64,000 nucleotides of DNA from Stieleria maiorica (lineage in GTDB: Bacteria; Planctomycetota; Planctomycetia; Pirellulales; Pirellulaceae): positions 2,412,443-2,476,442 of the forward strand of contig NZ_CP036264.1 of assembly GCF_008035925.1 (NCBI RefSeq). Direction: 5' to 3'. The translations under genes and the position numbers were made by a program. Shown here one piece after another: positions 9,287 through 18,943 of this stretch (positions are counted from its first letter, which is position 1; every line of letters begins with the position of its first letter). Below the pieces are notes generated by a model that saw nothing but the letters and a program-made list of their open reading frames with translations, searched no databases and had not been told where the DNA came from.

Positions 9287-9382
9287 GGGTAAGAAGATTT
9301 CGGGGGTAAGAAGATGATGAATCGCGCTCTCCATCCAGTTTCGCCAATTTTCCTACCTCCAAAATCTTCCTACCTCTCCATC
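9287..9382. repeat. dispersed ~80-nt repeat element (copy 1; partial internal duplication of GGTAAGAAGA)
   Basis: The 3' 42 nt (CCAATTTTCCTACCTCCAAAATCTTCCTACCTCTCCATCC) is near-identical to 24178-24217, and the whole element aligns ungapped with 24139-24217. It lies upstream (relative to the - strand) of gene 7499-8968. Confidence 0.8.
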
Positions 9383-9507
9383 CGACACGACGAGGAAACT
9401 GGAGAGGATGGCAGAATGATTCGCACTCAGAATGATTAAATGCCATGGGCGGACAGCTGATCTCAAGGGAGTACAGCGGAATCGAAACCGTCAAAATTCC
9501 ACGCCAA

Positions 9508-9630
9508 GAATGGCACGGGCCTAAGCCAATTTGCTGAGCCGTAGGCGCTAGCCTCGGGCCTTACCGCCGTGTTCAAGGCGTATCAAGGACCGCGGCTAGC
9601 GCCGTCGGCTCACCGAGCCCGTGCCATTCT
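9508..9630. repeat. nested inverted repeats forming a ~120-nt imperfect stem-loop, 3' of the giant gene
   Basis: The outer arms are GAATGGCACGGGC (9508-9520) and GCCCGTGCCATTC (9618-9630). The inner arms are GGCGCTAGCC (9544-9553) and GGCTAGCGCC (9594-9603). Confidence 0.5.
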
Positions 9631-9644
9631 CCCACCCCAAGTTT

Positions 9645-12600
9645 TCAGAGCACTTCCAGCTTCAGATTACGGAACCGAACTTCGGTTTTGCCGCCGCTGT
9701 GGAGCTGGAAGGCGATGATGCCGGTTTCGGCGCCGTCGGGATCGTGCAGGTCGACACAGGGCTGGCCGTTAAGAAAGGTCTGGATGTGGTGTCCGCGGGC
9801 GACGATTTCATACGTGTTCCACTCGCCCGGCTTGACGTGTGACTCGCCGGATTGATCCCACAGCAGCTTTCGTCCGTGTTCTTCGTACAGCTTGCCCCAC
9901 CAGCCGGCGCCGATGTCGGCTTGGTATCCGGAAACTTCGCCGTCGTGGGCGCGGCTGCGGAACTGGATCCCGCTGTTTCCGGCGTTCTCGACCAATTTGA
10001 CTTCGACGGTCAATCGAAAATCAGCGACCGAGAGATCACTGACGATCCAATCGTTGCGGCGCAGCCCGTCGGTCCGCCCGACCAATTCTCCGTCTTCCAC
10101 CGACCACAGGGATGGATCGCCATTCCAGTGTGACAGATCGGTCCCGTTGAAGAACGCCGCGGCATTCTCTTTGGTTGCCCGCATCGGTACTTGCTGTTTC
10201 CCGCGCAGGTAGGCGATCAACGAACGGACTTCGTGTGGCGAGAACTGTTTTAATTGGTCATCGGGCATCATCGACTTGTCGGCTGTTGCGCGCTGTTCGA
10301 TTTCATCTTTGGGAATCACAACGACCGCATCGGAGGTTTGGACGGTGAGCGAGAACTCGTCTTCGGCCTTGACCAGTCCGTTGACCACGCGACCGTCGTC
10401 GACCAAGACGACCGTCGGCACGTATTCCTTGGCCATCACGGCGCTGGGGTCGACGATATTCGACAACAGGTACTCCAAGTTCGCGCGGTTCGATCCGGTC
10501 AGATCCGGTCCGACTTTGAAGCCGACGCCGTACAAGACGTGGCACTTCATGCAGGTCTTGGCAAACACGGCGCGCCCGAGTTCCAGGTCCGCCGGCGGGT
10601 GATCCGTCGAGGCGACCAGTTGCTTGTACTCACCGATCATCGCCAATTTGTCGGCCGCCGATTCGCGGGCGACGCCCCAGACATTGTCCAGCATCGCATC
10701 GATTTTCTTGTTGCCCAAGAATTGCAACTGCCGGACCAGGTCGGCGGTCAAGTCGGTGCCGGGGATCTGTTCGGCTTCGATGGCCGTCAGCAGGGAGATA
10801 CCGGGATTGACCCGCGAGCACAGCGTCGCCAGCGCCGAACGCTTTTGGGCCGGATTGAGTTCTCCGTAGACCTTCAGCAAGGCCGGCGCGATGGCAGCGT
10901 CGTCGTACTGTGCCAGTCCCCGGATCGCGTCGTCCCGCAACGGTGAGTCGACTTTCAAAAGATCGATCAGGGTCGGGACCAAGCCGGGGTCGTCCATGTC
11001 CAGCAGTGACCGCAGGGCGACTCGCCGGGTCTCCAACGGCGCGGACGCATCGGCGACTTGCGTTCGCATCGCCGCGAGCGCTTGCTGGTCGCCGAACGTG
11101 ACCCCTAGGGCAACCGCTTGCAAGCGGACGTCGTGATCCGGGCTGGACAGCAGCTTCCGCGCGACCAACGTCCACTGCGTTGGCGGCTTCACTTGGCGTC
11201 GTCCTTCCAATGAAGATCGGATCGCGTTGAGGTAGGTCAGTTGCGTGGCCGCGTCGCTTGCGCGTCCGAGTGCCACCACCAGGACGGTCAGGGAGTCTTC
11301 GCCGCTCTGGCCGATTCGCCGCAACATGAATTCTCGCAGCAACGGGATTCGCTCGCCCGCCGACATCGCCAACGCGATCGCCCGCGAGGCATCCAGATCG
11401 GCGAGCGGTTCGGCCGCATACCAGTACATCAACGGCAAGTTGTGGTCGCGGGTGTCTTCGGCGTGCGAGGTCAATGCCTGCAGCAAGTCCCAACGCGAAT
11501 CCAAGGCCAGTTTTTGGGCCGCCGAGGCGAGGTACAAACGCACGATCGGCGAATCGTCCTCGCCGGCCATGTCGACGAATTGTTCTAAATACTCCGGAGT
11601 GACATTCCCCGCTGTCGATTCCATCACCATTTGGATCGACCAACCGCGAACGTAGGGGCTTTCGTCAGCCATCAGGGAGCGAGTAACGTTGGAATCGAAA
11701 TTCCCCGTCACGTGCAGTGCCCACGCGGCGCGCAGCCGGCGCGTGTCGTCGGTGTGTGTCGTGGCGATTTGGCGTAGCCACGTGACGGCTTCGGTTGCGA
11801 TCACCCGCTCCGCGGCTCGTTCCTGCAGCACCCGACGGCCGTGGCGGACGTACCAGTCGTTGGCGTGAAGCGTCAATTCGGCCAACTGCAGATCGCTGGC
11901 CGAGCCGAAGTCGATCTCCGGCGCGGCGGCGCCGACTTCGTCACCGTAGCTGATCTTGTAGATCCGGCCGTTGCTGCGGTCGTGCAGCGTGGATTCGCGG
12001 CGGTGACAAGCCTGCATGTCGTACCAATCGATCATCCACGCGTTGCCGTCGGGCCCGTAGCGGAGGTTCAAAATTTGCGAGGCCTGGTCGCCGGTTAACA
12101 GAAAATCGGGACCGTGGCGTCCGACGTATCCCGATCCGGCGGGTTCCAAGACGTCGACGTTCAAGCGTTGTCCGTGAATGTTGTTCATCATCAATTGGCC
12201 GCGGTACTTTTCGGGCCACGTGTCACCCAGATAAATCATCGCCCCGGCATGCGCGTGGCCTCCGCCGGCAGAATCCGATTTGCTGTTGCCCCCGTGCGGC
12301 GTGGCGCCCAGGTAGTGCAGGTGGTCGGCAATGGTGACGATGTCGCGGTAGGTGTGGTTGTTGAAATGCCGGCCGCCTTGGCGTTGATAGCGGGCGCCGT
12401 CGATGATGTGGTACAGGTGCGGGATCACACAGGCGGTGATGAAGGCTTGGCCGTGATCGTTGAAGTCCACGCCCCAGGGGTTGCTGGTGCCGTGGGCGAA
12501 GACTTCGAACTCGTGGCGTGTGGGATGGTATCGCCAAACGCCGCAATTGATCGGCGTCCGCTGGTCGTCCGGCGTTCCCGGTTTGCCGACGCGGGAGTGG

Positions 12601-15476
12601 GTGAACACGCCGTGGCAACCGTACAGCCATCCGTCGGGGCCCCAGATGAACGCGTTCAGGGTTTCGTGGGTGTCTTGATAGCCCCAGCCGTCGAGCAGGA
12701 TTTGGGGTTCGGAATCGGGAACATCGTCACCGTCCTTGTCGGGAATGAACATCAGGTACGGTGCCGCACCGACCCAAACGCCGCCGAACCCGACTTCCAA
12801 TCCGCTGACCAGGTTCAGCCCTTCGGCAAACACCTTGCTGTGATCCAGCGAACCGTCGTCGTCGGTGTCTTCAAAGATCAAGATCCGGTCGCGTCCGACG
12901 TCGCCTTCGGCACGCGTCGGATACTCATACGCCTCCGCAATCCAGACTCGTCCGCGATCATCCAGGGCCATCGCGATCGGTTGTTTCACATCCGGTTCGG
13001 CCGCGCCCACGGTGACTTGAAATCCCTCGGGGACTCGCATCGCCTCGGCAGCCTGCCGGGCTTCTAGCCCCGCGTGCGGGTACTCATCGGCGGTCAGGGC
13101 GATCATGGCCGGCGTCGGTCGCGCGGGAGGTTTGGCATGCAATCGGAAATCGTCAAAGTTGACGTGTCCCCAGCCGCCGTCGGACTCGTCGACCAGCCGC
13201 ACCATGACTTCTTTGCCGACGTGGGCACGCAGATCGACGATAACGCGTCGCATCGTTTCGCTGTTGGTCCCGTTGCTTTGATAGAACACGCGTTCGCTGT
13301 CCTTGCGCAGCAATTCGACACGCGTGGATTCGTGCTCGCCGCCGTTGGCCAGGTACGACGCATAGGGCTGGGAGACGATGAACGGAGCCGAGGTGAGTGT
13401 TCCGGTGGGCTCGTCGCCCAGTTTCTCAAAGCCGCCGATCCAAAACTGACCGTCATGGTTGCTGTGCATGTCAGCGCGCCGCGGTTTGACGGTGTCGCCC
13501 TTGACCGGTTGGCTGTCGAACGCGGTGCCGGTTGCCGTCCAGTCGTCCAGCGTGCCGGTTTCGAAATCCAGATTCAGCACTCGGCCATCAAGGTTTTTAG
13601 GACGGATCCCGGATGCATCGGCCGTGTTGTCGGCGGTCGCTTTTCCGGCCGCCGGGTCAGCGACATAGCTGCCGTCGGACTTTTTGATTCGCAAGTAATC
13701 CAACGCAAACATATATGCTTTCTTGGCGTTGGGATTGGCACCGACGATCGTCACTCCCAACGTGTGCTTGCTGCCTTTCAATGTCAATTTCGGAAACGAC
13801 AACACACCGGTCGTGACGACTTGGCGATCGAACAGATCGATCGGTTCTCCCAGCGGTTGATCGTCAATCGACAGCTGGACGATTCCGTAGTCCACCGCAC
13901 AGGTCAGGACCACGTCCAAGTCGATGGCTCCGGTGACCGGCGGCAACTGAATCGTCAGCGTGTCGCCGGGCTTGGCATCGGTCCACCACAGTTGCGACTT
14001 GCCGCTCCAGTTGTCGGCATTGAAGTTCGACATGTCCTGCGGACGCGCGTTGCCTCCGGTGGCGAGAAACTTCAACGATTCACCTTCGATGGCTCCGACG
14101 GCCCGAGTGGTTTGGGGATCGATTTTCGATTTCGGGCCACGTTTGGCGGTCGCACCTTCGGCGCTGGGTGGTTTGGATCCCTGGTACGGTTTCGGTTGGG
14201 CGGCCAGCCACTGTTCTTGGGAAACCGGCTGTTGCGTGTGTTTCAGCACATGGGCGCCTTTCATGCCGCCGACGATGATGTCGGGATGACCGTCGGCGTC
14301 CAGGTCATTGACGACGATCTGGCGTCCGATCCCCGCTTCGCCGTCGGCTTGATAGGGGACCCAGTCGATGCCGTCTTCCCCGCGAACCAGCCGGAACCAG
14401 TACACGACGGCGCCGGCGTCCCACATCGGACTTTGTCGATGGTGTGACCAATAGGTCTTTCCCGTCACGATGTCTTTCAAGCCGTCACCGTCGATGTCGG
14501 CCAGTTCGACCGAATGCGGCTCGCTGAACAGCACTCCGTATTGGTTGTCCGACGGGTGTGATCCCATGATTTGGTGTTGCTTGAACGTTCGCTCGTCGCC
14601 ATCAACGATTTGCTCGAACCACGACAACCCGAAGTTGTGCGCCGAGTCGCTGGTGATGATGTCGTTGTCGCCATCGCCGTCGACGTCATAGGCGTACATC
14701 TCCGCGCCGCCGCTGCCCCCGCAAAGACGCACGTCGTGATGCATCCAACGCGATGTCAGCGCGTCGTTTTCCGGCTGCTCGTACCAGCCCTTGGGGTGAA
14801 TGATGTCCAGTCGATCGTCGCCGTTGACGTCACCGATCCCCAGCCCGTGTCCGAATCGCGTCGCGGTCACCTGCGGCGAAATGGCATGAAACTGCCACGT
14901 TCCGAAAGGGTCTTCGGCGTCGATCGTTGCGAATCCAAAGAACCCATCCCGCGTGCACACCAACTCGGGACGATCATCGCCCAGCAGGTCGGTCAACTCG
15001 GGCGATTCATTGGACACCCAATCGAACACCTGGTGCTTTTTCCAATGCGCATCCAATCCGGCCTGTTTGGGATTCTCGTAGACGTAGGCGGGGGTCCCGG
15101 GGAATCCGACGACGAAGATGTCGTTCCAGCCGTCCTGATCGAAGTCGTAGATCCAGGAGAAAAAGTGGTCCGCATAGCGGTTCATGTCTTGCGGAACCGG
15201 CGGATAGATTTCGTGCTTCGTTTGGTAGTCAGGCCCGGCAAACCAATACGGCCCATACACCACGTCGTTGATGCCGTCGCCGTTGATGTCGCCGGCCGAG
15301 ACACCTTCGCTGAAATACGTTCCCGTCAGTTGCTGTCGCTGGAACTGGTGCAGCGTGGGGGCGTCGTCGGCGGCCGAGCCACGGCTGTCGATCACCGTGG
15401 CGATCGAGACGACGACGATCGAAGCGGCGATCCACAAAACGGGGCGAGAATGGTTCACAAGGCTGTTTTTTCGCAT
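9645..15476 (-). CDS. giant multidomain protein: FG-GAP/VCBS repeats + PVC-type membrane-bound dehydrogenase/heme-binding domain + HEAT repeats + cytochrome c (CxxCH) + DUF1080 (3-keto-disaccharide hydrolase-like)
   Basis: N-terminal DINGDGINDVV, DVNGDDRLDII, DVDGDGDNDII and DIDGDGLKDIV are FG-GAP repeats. The middle region GFQVTV...PIAMALDDRGRVWIAEAYEYP...LLDGWGYQDTHETLNAFIWGPDGWLYG...HGTSNPWGVDFNDHGQ matches the Pirellula/Verrucomicrobium-type dehydrogenase domain. HEAT-like repeats follow. CMKCHVLYGVGFKVGPDLTG is a c-type haem site. The C-terminal FNGTDLSHWNG...IQFRSRA...GYQADIG...WWGKLYEE is DUF1080. A signal peptide is present. Confidence 0.8.
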   Translation of the reverse strand: MRKNSLVNHSRPVLWIAASIVVVSIATVIDSRGSAADDAPTLHQFQRQQLTGTYFSEGVSAGDINGDGINDVVYGPYWFAGPDYQTKHEIYPPVPQDMNRYADHFFSWIYDFDQDGWNDIFVVGFPGTPAYVYENPKQAGLDAHWKKHQVFDWVSNESPELTDLLGDDRPELVCTRDGFFGFATIDAEDPFGTWQFHAISPQVTATRFGHGLGIGDVNGDDRLDIIHPKGWYEQPENDALTSRWMHHDVRLCGGSGGAEMYAYDVDGDGDNDIITSDSAHNFGLSWFEQIVDGDERTFKQHQIMGSHPSDNQYGVLFSEPHSVELADIDGDGLKDIVTGKTYWSHHRQSPMWDAGAVVYWFRLVRGEDGIDWVPYQADGEAGIGRQIVVNDLDADGHPDIIVGGMKGAHVLKHTQQPVSQEQWLAAQPKPYQGSKPPSAEGATAKRGPKSKIDPQTTRAVGAIEGESLKFLATGGNARPQDMSNFNADNWSGKSQLWWTDAKPGDTLTIQLPPVTGAIDLDVVLTCAVDYGIVQLSIDDQPLGEPIDLFDRQVVTTGVLSFPKLTLKGSKHTLGVTIVGANPNAKKAYMFALDYLRIKKSDGSYVADPAAGKATADNTADASGIRPKNLDGRVLNLDFETGTLDDWTATGTAFDSQPVKGDTVKPRRADMHSNHDGQFWIGGFEKLGDEPTGTLTSAPFIVSQPYASYLANGGEHESTRVELLRKDSERVFYQSNGTNSETMRRVIVDLRAHVGKEVMVRLVDESDGGWGHVNFDDFRLHAKPPARPTPAMIALTADEYPHAGLEARQAAEAMRVPEGFQVTVGAAEPDVKQPIAMALDDRGRVWIAEAYEYPTRAEGDVGRDRILIFEDTDDDGSLDHSKVFAEGLNLVSGLEVGFGGVWVGAAPYLMFIPDKDGDDVPDSEPQILLDGWGYQDTHETLNAFIWGPDGWLYGCHGVFTHSRVGKPGTPDDQRTPINCGVWRYHPTRHEFEVFAHGTSNPWGVDFNDHGQAFITACVIPHLYHIIDGARYQRQGGRHFNNHTYRDIVTIADHLHYLGATPHGGNSKSDSAGGGHAHAGAMIYLGDTWPEKYRGQLMMNNIHGQRLNVDVLEPAGSGYVGRHGPDFLLTGDQASQILNLRYGPDGNAWMIDWYDMQACHRRESTLHDRSNGRIYKISYGDEVGAAAPEIDFGSASDLQLAELTLHANDWYVRHGRRVLQERAAERVIATEAVTWLRQIATTHTDDTRRLRAAWALHVTGNFDSNVTRSLMADESPYVRGWSIQMVMESTAGNVTPEYLEQFVDMAGEDDSPIVRLYLASAAQKLALDSRWDLLQALTSHAEDTRDHNLPLMYWYAAEPLADLDASRAIALAMSAGERIPLLREFMLRRIGQSGEDSLTVLVVALGRASDAATQLTYLNAIRSSLEGRRQVKPPTQWTLVARKLLSSPDHDVRLQAVALGVTFGDQQALAAMRTQVADASAPLETRRVALRSLLDMDDPGLVPTLIDLLKVDSPLRDDAIRGLAQYDDAAIAPALLKVYGELNPAQKRSALATLCSRVNPGISLLTAIEAEQIPGTDLTADLVRQLQFLGNKKIDAMLDNVWGVARESAADKLAMIGEYKQLVASTDHPPADLELGRAVFAKTCMKCHVLYGVGFKVGPDLTGSNRANLEYLLSNIVDPSAVMAKEYVPTVVLVDDGRVVNGLVKAEDEFSLTVQTSDAVVVIPKDEIEQRATADKSMMPDDQLKQFSPHEVRSLIAYLRGKQQVPMRATKENAAAFFNGTDLSHWNGDPSLWSVEDGELVGRTDGLRRNDWIVSDLSVADFRLTVEVKLVENAGNSGIQFRSRAHDGEVSGYQADIGAGWWGKLYEEHGRKLLWDQSGESHVKPGEWNTYEIVARGHHIQTFLNGQPCVDLHDPDGAETGIIAFQLHSGGKTEVRFRNLKLEVL

Positions 15477-15601
15477 CGGACGCTTGCCGGAGGAGGTGGG
15501 GATGGGAAACGGCAGGGATCGTATTCTACAACGACGGCAGCGTGTATGTTGTGGAGACCTGCCCTTCTTTGTCCCGCCCCACCTGCCGGAATGAACCTGC
15601 G

Positions 15602-17113
15602 ATGAACCGTCTGCTTCAATTGTTCACAGCGATCTTGCTGCTGGGTTTGCCCCTTGGTCCAACCGTGGCCGCCACGGAAGTAAACGGGCCGACGGAAGCG
15701 AAACGGCCGATGAACGTGCTGTTCCTCATTTCCGATGACCTCACGTACACCGCACTGTCGTGCTACGGAAACACGGTCTGCCAAACGCCCAATATCGACG
15801 CGTTGGCTGCCAGCGGAACGCGATTCACCCGGGCCTACTGCCAGGGAACCTACTGCGGACCCTCGCGGGCATCGTTCATGTCCGGGTTCTATCCCCACGC
15901 GACGGGCGTGCTGGGATACAAGAACCCGCGGGCACAAATCGGCGACCGGGCGACGTGGTCCCAGCACTTCAAGAACAACGGCTACTACGCCGCGCGGGTC
16001 AGCAAAATCTTTCACATGGGCGTTCCCGGCGGGATCGAGGACCACGGCCCGGGCCGCGATTACAACGGAGCCGACGACGAACTGTCCTGGACCGAACGTT
16101 TCAACAGCCCCGGCCCGGAATGGCGCGCTCCGGGTGATGGCGAGACACTGGAAGGCAATCCCGACGGCAAGAAACCCGTGGTCGGCGGCAACACCTTTGT
16201 CGTCGTGGAGGCCGATGGGGACGACATGGTTCATAGCGATGGCAAAACGGCAAAGAAGGCGTGTGAACTGATTCGTCAGCAACGCGACCGACCGTTTTGG
16301 TTGGGTGTCGGATTCGTGCGGCCACACGTCCCCTTCGTCGCGCCGAAGTCCTACTTTCCACCGTACAAGCCCTACAGCAAACACGCCCTGCCGCCCAAGA
16401 TCGAAGGCGACTGGGACGACATCCCCAAGGCCGGTATCAATTACAAAACCAGCCCAAACATGAAGATGGATCTGCGACGACAAAAGAAAGCCGTCGGAGG
16501 CTACTATGCGTCGGTCGCGTACATGGATGCCCAGGTCGGCAAGGTGCTCGATGCGCTGAAGGCATCCGGACAGGAAGACAACACGATCGTGATCTTCACC
16601 AGCGACCACGGGTACCATTTGGGCGAGCATGATTTCTGGGCCAAGGTTTCCTTGCGTGACGAATCGGCGGGGGTGCCGCTGATCATTCGGGTTCCCGGAA
16701 AGCAGCCGGCGGTCTGCCACAGTTTCGTCGAATTATTGGACCTGTATCCGACCGTCGCGACGCTCTGCGGATTGGACGTTCCGAAGCATGTGCAAGGCAA
16801 AGACATCTCGGCGATGTTGGACGACCCCAATCACCAAGTGCGCGAGTTCGCATTCAGCGTCGCGCCGATGCGGAAAGGATTCTTGATCCGCGAGGATCGA
16901 TTCGCTTTCATCCAATACGAAGAAGACGCATCGGCAGGGACGGAGTTGTTTGACACGCACGCCGATCCGCAGGGCTACGACAATCTGGCCGGCGATGATC
17001 GCTATCAGGAAGTGCTGGCACGCATGCAATCCACTTTGACCCGAAAACTGGCCGAGGTTCGCGACAATGATCTGTCGCTGCAAAGCAGCGACCGGGAATC
17101 GCCTAAAGGCTAG
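15602..17113 (+). CDS. sulfatase (iduronate-2-sulfatase-like), secreted
   Basis: The signal peptide MNRLLQLFTAILLLGLPLG is followed by LFLISDDL and the sulfatase signature C-G-P-S-R (CxPxR) in YCGPSRASFMSG. FTSDHGYHLGEH is also present. The ORF track begins 60 nt upstream; I took Met21 as the start. Confidence 0.85.
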   Translation: MNRLLQLFTAILLLGLPLGPTVAATEVNGPTEAKRPMNVLFLISDDLTYTALSCYGNTVCQTPNIDALAASGTRFTRAYCQGTYCGPSRASFMSGFYPHATGVLGYKNPRAQIGDRATWSQHFKNNGYYAARVSKIFHMGVPGGIEDHGPGRDYNGADDELSWTERFNSPGPEWRAPGDGETLEGNPDGKKPVVGGNTFVVVEADGDDMVHSDGKTAKKACELIRQQRDRPFWLGVGFVRPHVPFVAPKSYFPPYKPYSKHALPPKIEGDWDDIPKAGINYKTSPNMKMDLRRQKKAVGGYYASVAYMDAQVGKVLDALKASGQEDNTIVIFTSDHGYHLGEHDFWAKVSLRDESAGVPLIIRVPGKQPAVCHSFVELLDLYPTVATLCGLDVPKHVQGKDISAMLDDPNHQVREFAFSVAPMRKGFLIREDRFAFIQYEEDASAGTELFDTHADPQGYDNLAGDDRYQEVLARMQSTLTRKLAEVRDNDLSLQSSDRESPKG

Positions 17114-17210
17114 ACACCAGCGGTTGCCGGATCCCTTTCGACTTGAGTCCGTGCCAGTTGCTTGATCGACACTAAGTGACCGGCGATAATCGGCTTGTCC
17201 CCCAGTCCCC

Positions 17211-17337
17211 TACCGGCCTGTTGATTTAATCCGATCCTACGTGGGATCAGCCGTTTCGCGCGAGCGTACGGGTATCGAAACAGCAAAAGATCGCACCGGT
17301 GCCCGTAGGCTCGCGCCATACGGCTGATTAAATCAAC
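17211..17337. repeat. ~125-nt palindromic structured repeat element (copy 1)
   Basis: TACCGGCCTGTTGATTTAATCCGATCCTACGTGGGATCAGCCGTTTCGCGCGAGCGTACGGG...CCCGTAGGCTCGCGCCATACGGCTGATTAAATCAAC has terminal arms GTTGATTTAATC/GATTAAATCAAC and internal arms CGAGCGTACGGG/CCCGTAGGCTCG. A second copy lies at 49935-50060. Confidence 0.85.
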
Positions 17338-17363
17338 TGTCCCCTACACCCCAGGCACTTCTC

Positions 17364-18713
17364 ATGGATCGCCGAAAGTTCATTGCCGCATCCACGCTCG
17401 CCGCATCTGCCGTTGCCAGTCGCCATGCCTATGCCGCCGCCGGCGACAAGAAACGCCGCGTCGGTTTGATCGGGTGTGGCTGGTACGGGAAGTGTGACCT
17501 GCTGCAGTTGATGAACATCGAACCGGTCGAAGTCGTCTCGCTGTGCGACGTCGATTCGAACATGTTGGGCGAATGTGCGGATTTGATAGCCTCCCGCCAG
17601 GTCTCCAAGAAACGGCCGCGGACCTATGGCCAATACACCGACATGCTTGCCGAGAAAGACTTGGACATCGTGCTTGTCGCAACGCCCGACCACTGGCATG
17701 CGCTACCGATGATTGCGGCGGTCAACTCCGGTGCCGACGTGTATGTGCAAAAACCGACCGGCGTCGATGTGCTAGAAAGCAAAGCGATGTTGGACGCGGC
17801 TCGCGAAACTGGACGCGTGGTCCAAGTGGGAACGCAACGCCGTAGTACGCCGCACTTGATCGAAGCGAAGCAACGTGTGGTCGATACAGGCTTGCTCGGT
17901 GACGTCGCGCACGCTGAAGTGTGTTGTTACTACCACATGCGAGCGAAGAAGAACCCGCCGGATACCGCGCCACCGGCGTATCTGGATTACGAGACCTGGA
18001 CGGGGCCGGCACCGATGCGACCGTACAACGAATTGGTCCACCCGAGATCCTGGCGAGCGTTCATGGAGTACGGCAACGGGATCGTCGGTGACATGTGTGT
18101 CCATATGCTGGACATGGTGCGATGGCAACTGGGCCTGGGATGGCCGCAGCGAATCAGCAGCAGCGGCGGCATCTACGTCGACCATGATTCCAAGGCGAAC
18201 ATTTCGGACACCCAGTCGGCTCGCTTCGAATTCGACGAACTGGACGTCAACTGGACACACCGCAGCTGGGGCAACGCGCCCGATCCCGATTGGCCGTGGG
18301 CGGGGATCATCTACGGCGACCGGGGCACGTTGAAACTGGATGTGCACAAGTACGAATTCACGCCCCGCGGGGGCGGCCAGAAACTGACCGGCGAAAAGCT
18401 GATCGAAACCGACAAGTACCCCACCGACGTCACCGATCAAAAGGATTGGCGGTTGGAACTGCACGTCGCGTCGGCGATACGCGGTCATATGCGAGACTTT
18501 CTTGATGCGATCGACAAGCGGTCCAAGCCGGTCGCCGACATCCTGCAGGGGCACATTTCCAGTGCATCCTGCATCATGGCGAATGTCTCGATGAAACTCG
18601 GACGGTCATTAGAATTTGATCCCGCCACCCACATCGTCGTTGGTGATGCCGAAGCGACCGACAAGCTGAAACGACCTTATCGAAAGCCTTACGCGCATCC
18701 CTCCGAAGCATAG
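17364..18713 (+). CDS. Gfo/Idh/MocA family oxidoreductase with Tat signal peptide
   Basis: MDRRKFIAASTLAASAVA is a twin-arginine signal. VGLIGCGWYGK is the Rossmann motif, and ATPDHWHA is the Gfo/Idh/MocA consensus. Confidence 0.85.
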   Translation: MDRRKFIAASTLAASAVASRHAYAAAGDKKRRVGLIGCGWYGKCDLLQLMNIEPVEVVSLCDVDSNMLGECADLIASRQVSKKRPRTYGQYTDMLAEKDLDIVLVATPDHWHALPMIAAVNSGADVYVQKPTGVDVLESKAMLDAARETGRVVQVGTQRRSTPHLIEAKQRVVDTGLLGDVAHAEVCCYYHMRAKKNPPDTAPPAYLDYETWTGPAPMRPYNELVHPRSWRAFMEYGNGIVGDMCVHMLDMVRWQLGLGWPQRISSSGGIYVDHDSKANISDTQSARFEFDELDVNWTHRSWGNAPDPDWPWAGIIYGDRGTLKLDVHKYEFTPRGGGQKLTGEKLIETDKYPTDVTDQKDWRLELHVASAIRGHMRDFLDAIDKRSKPVADILQGHISSASCIMANVSMKLGRSLEFDPATHIVVGDAEATDKLKRPYRKPYAHPSEA

Positions 18714-18943
18714 GGAAGTTCATCGCAGGGAACCAATGCGGCCTATTGGTAAACGATGGTCGATGGAGAGGGTACGACGTCCTTTCTAGGTCGTCGTGCA
18801 GAGCCCCACGGGCGACAGCCCGGAACGGCCATCATACGTTCGACAATAGCATCGCCCTCAGCTGGACGATCGCCTAGAGGCTAACATCCGCCTAGAGGCT
18901 AACATCAACGCGAATTCGTTTTGCAGCGATTATGGAACCGATG

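Noticed and set aside
18872-18907. Tandem direct repeat CGCCTAGAGGCTAACATC x2
   Set aside because: It is a minor two-unit duplication in a convergent intergenic region with no evidence of function. It is noted only for completeness.
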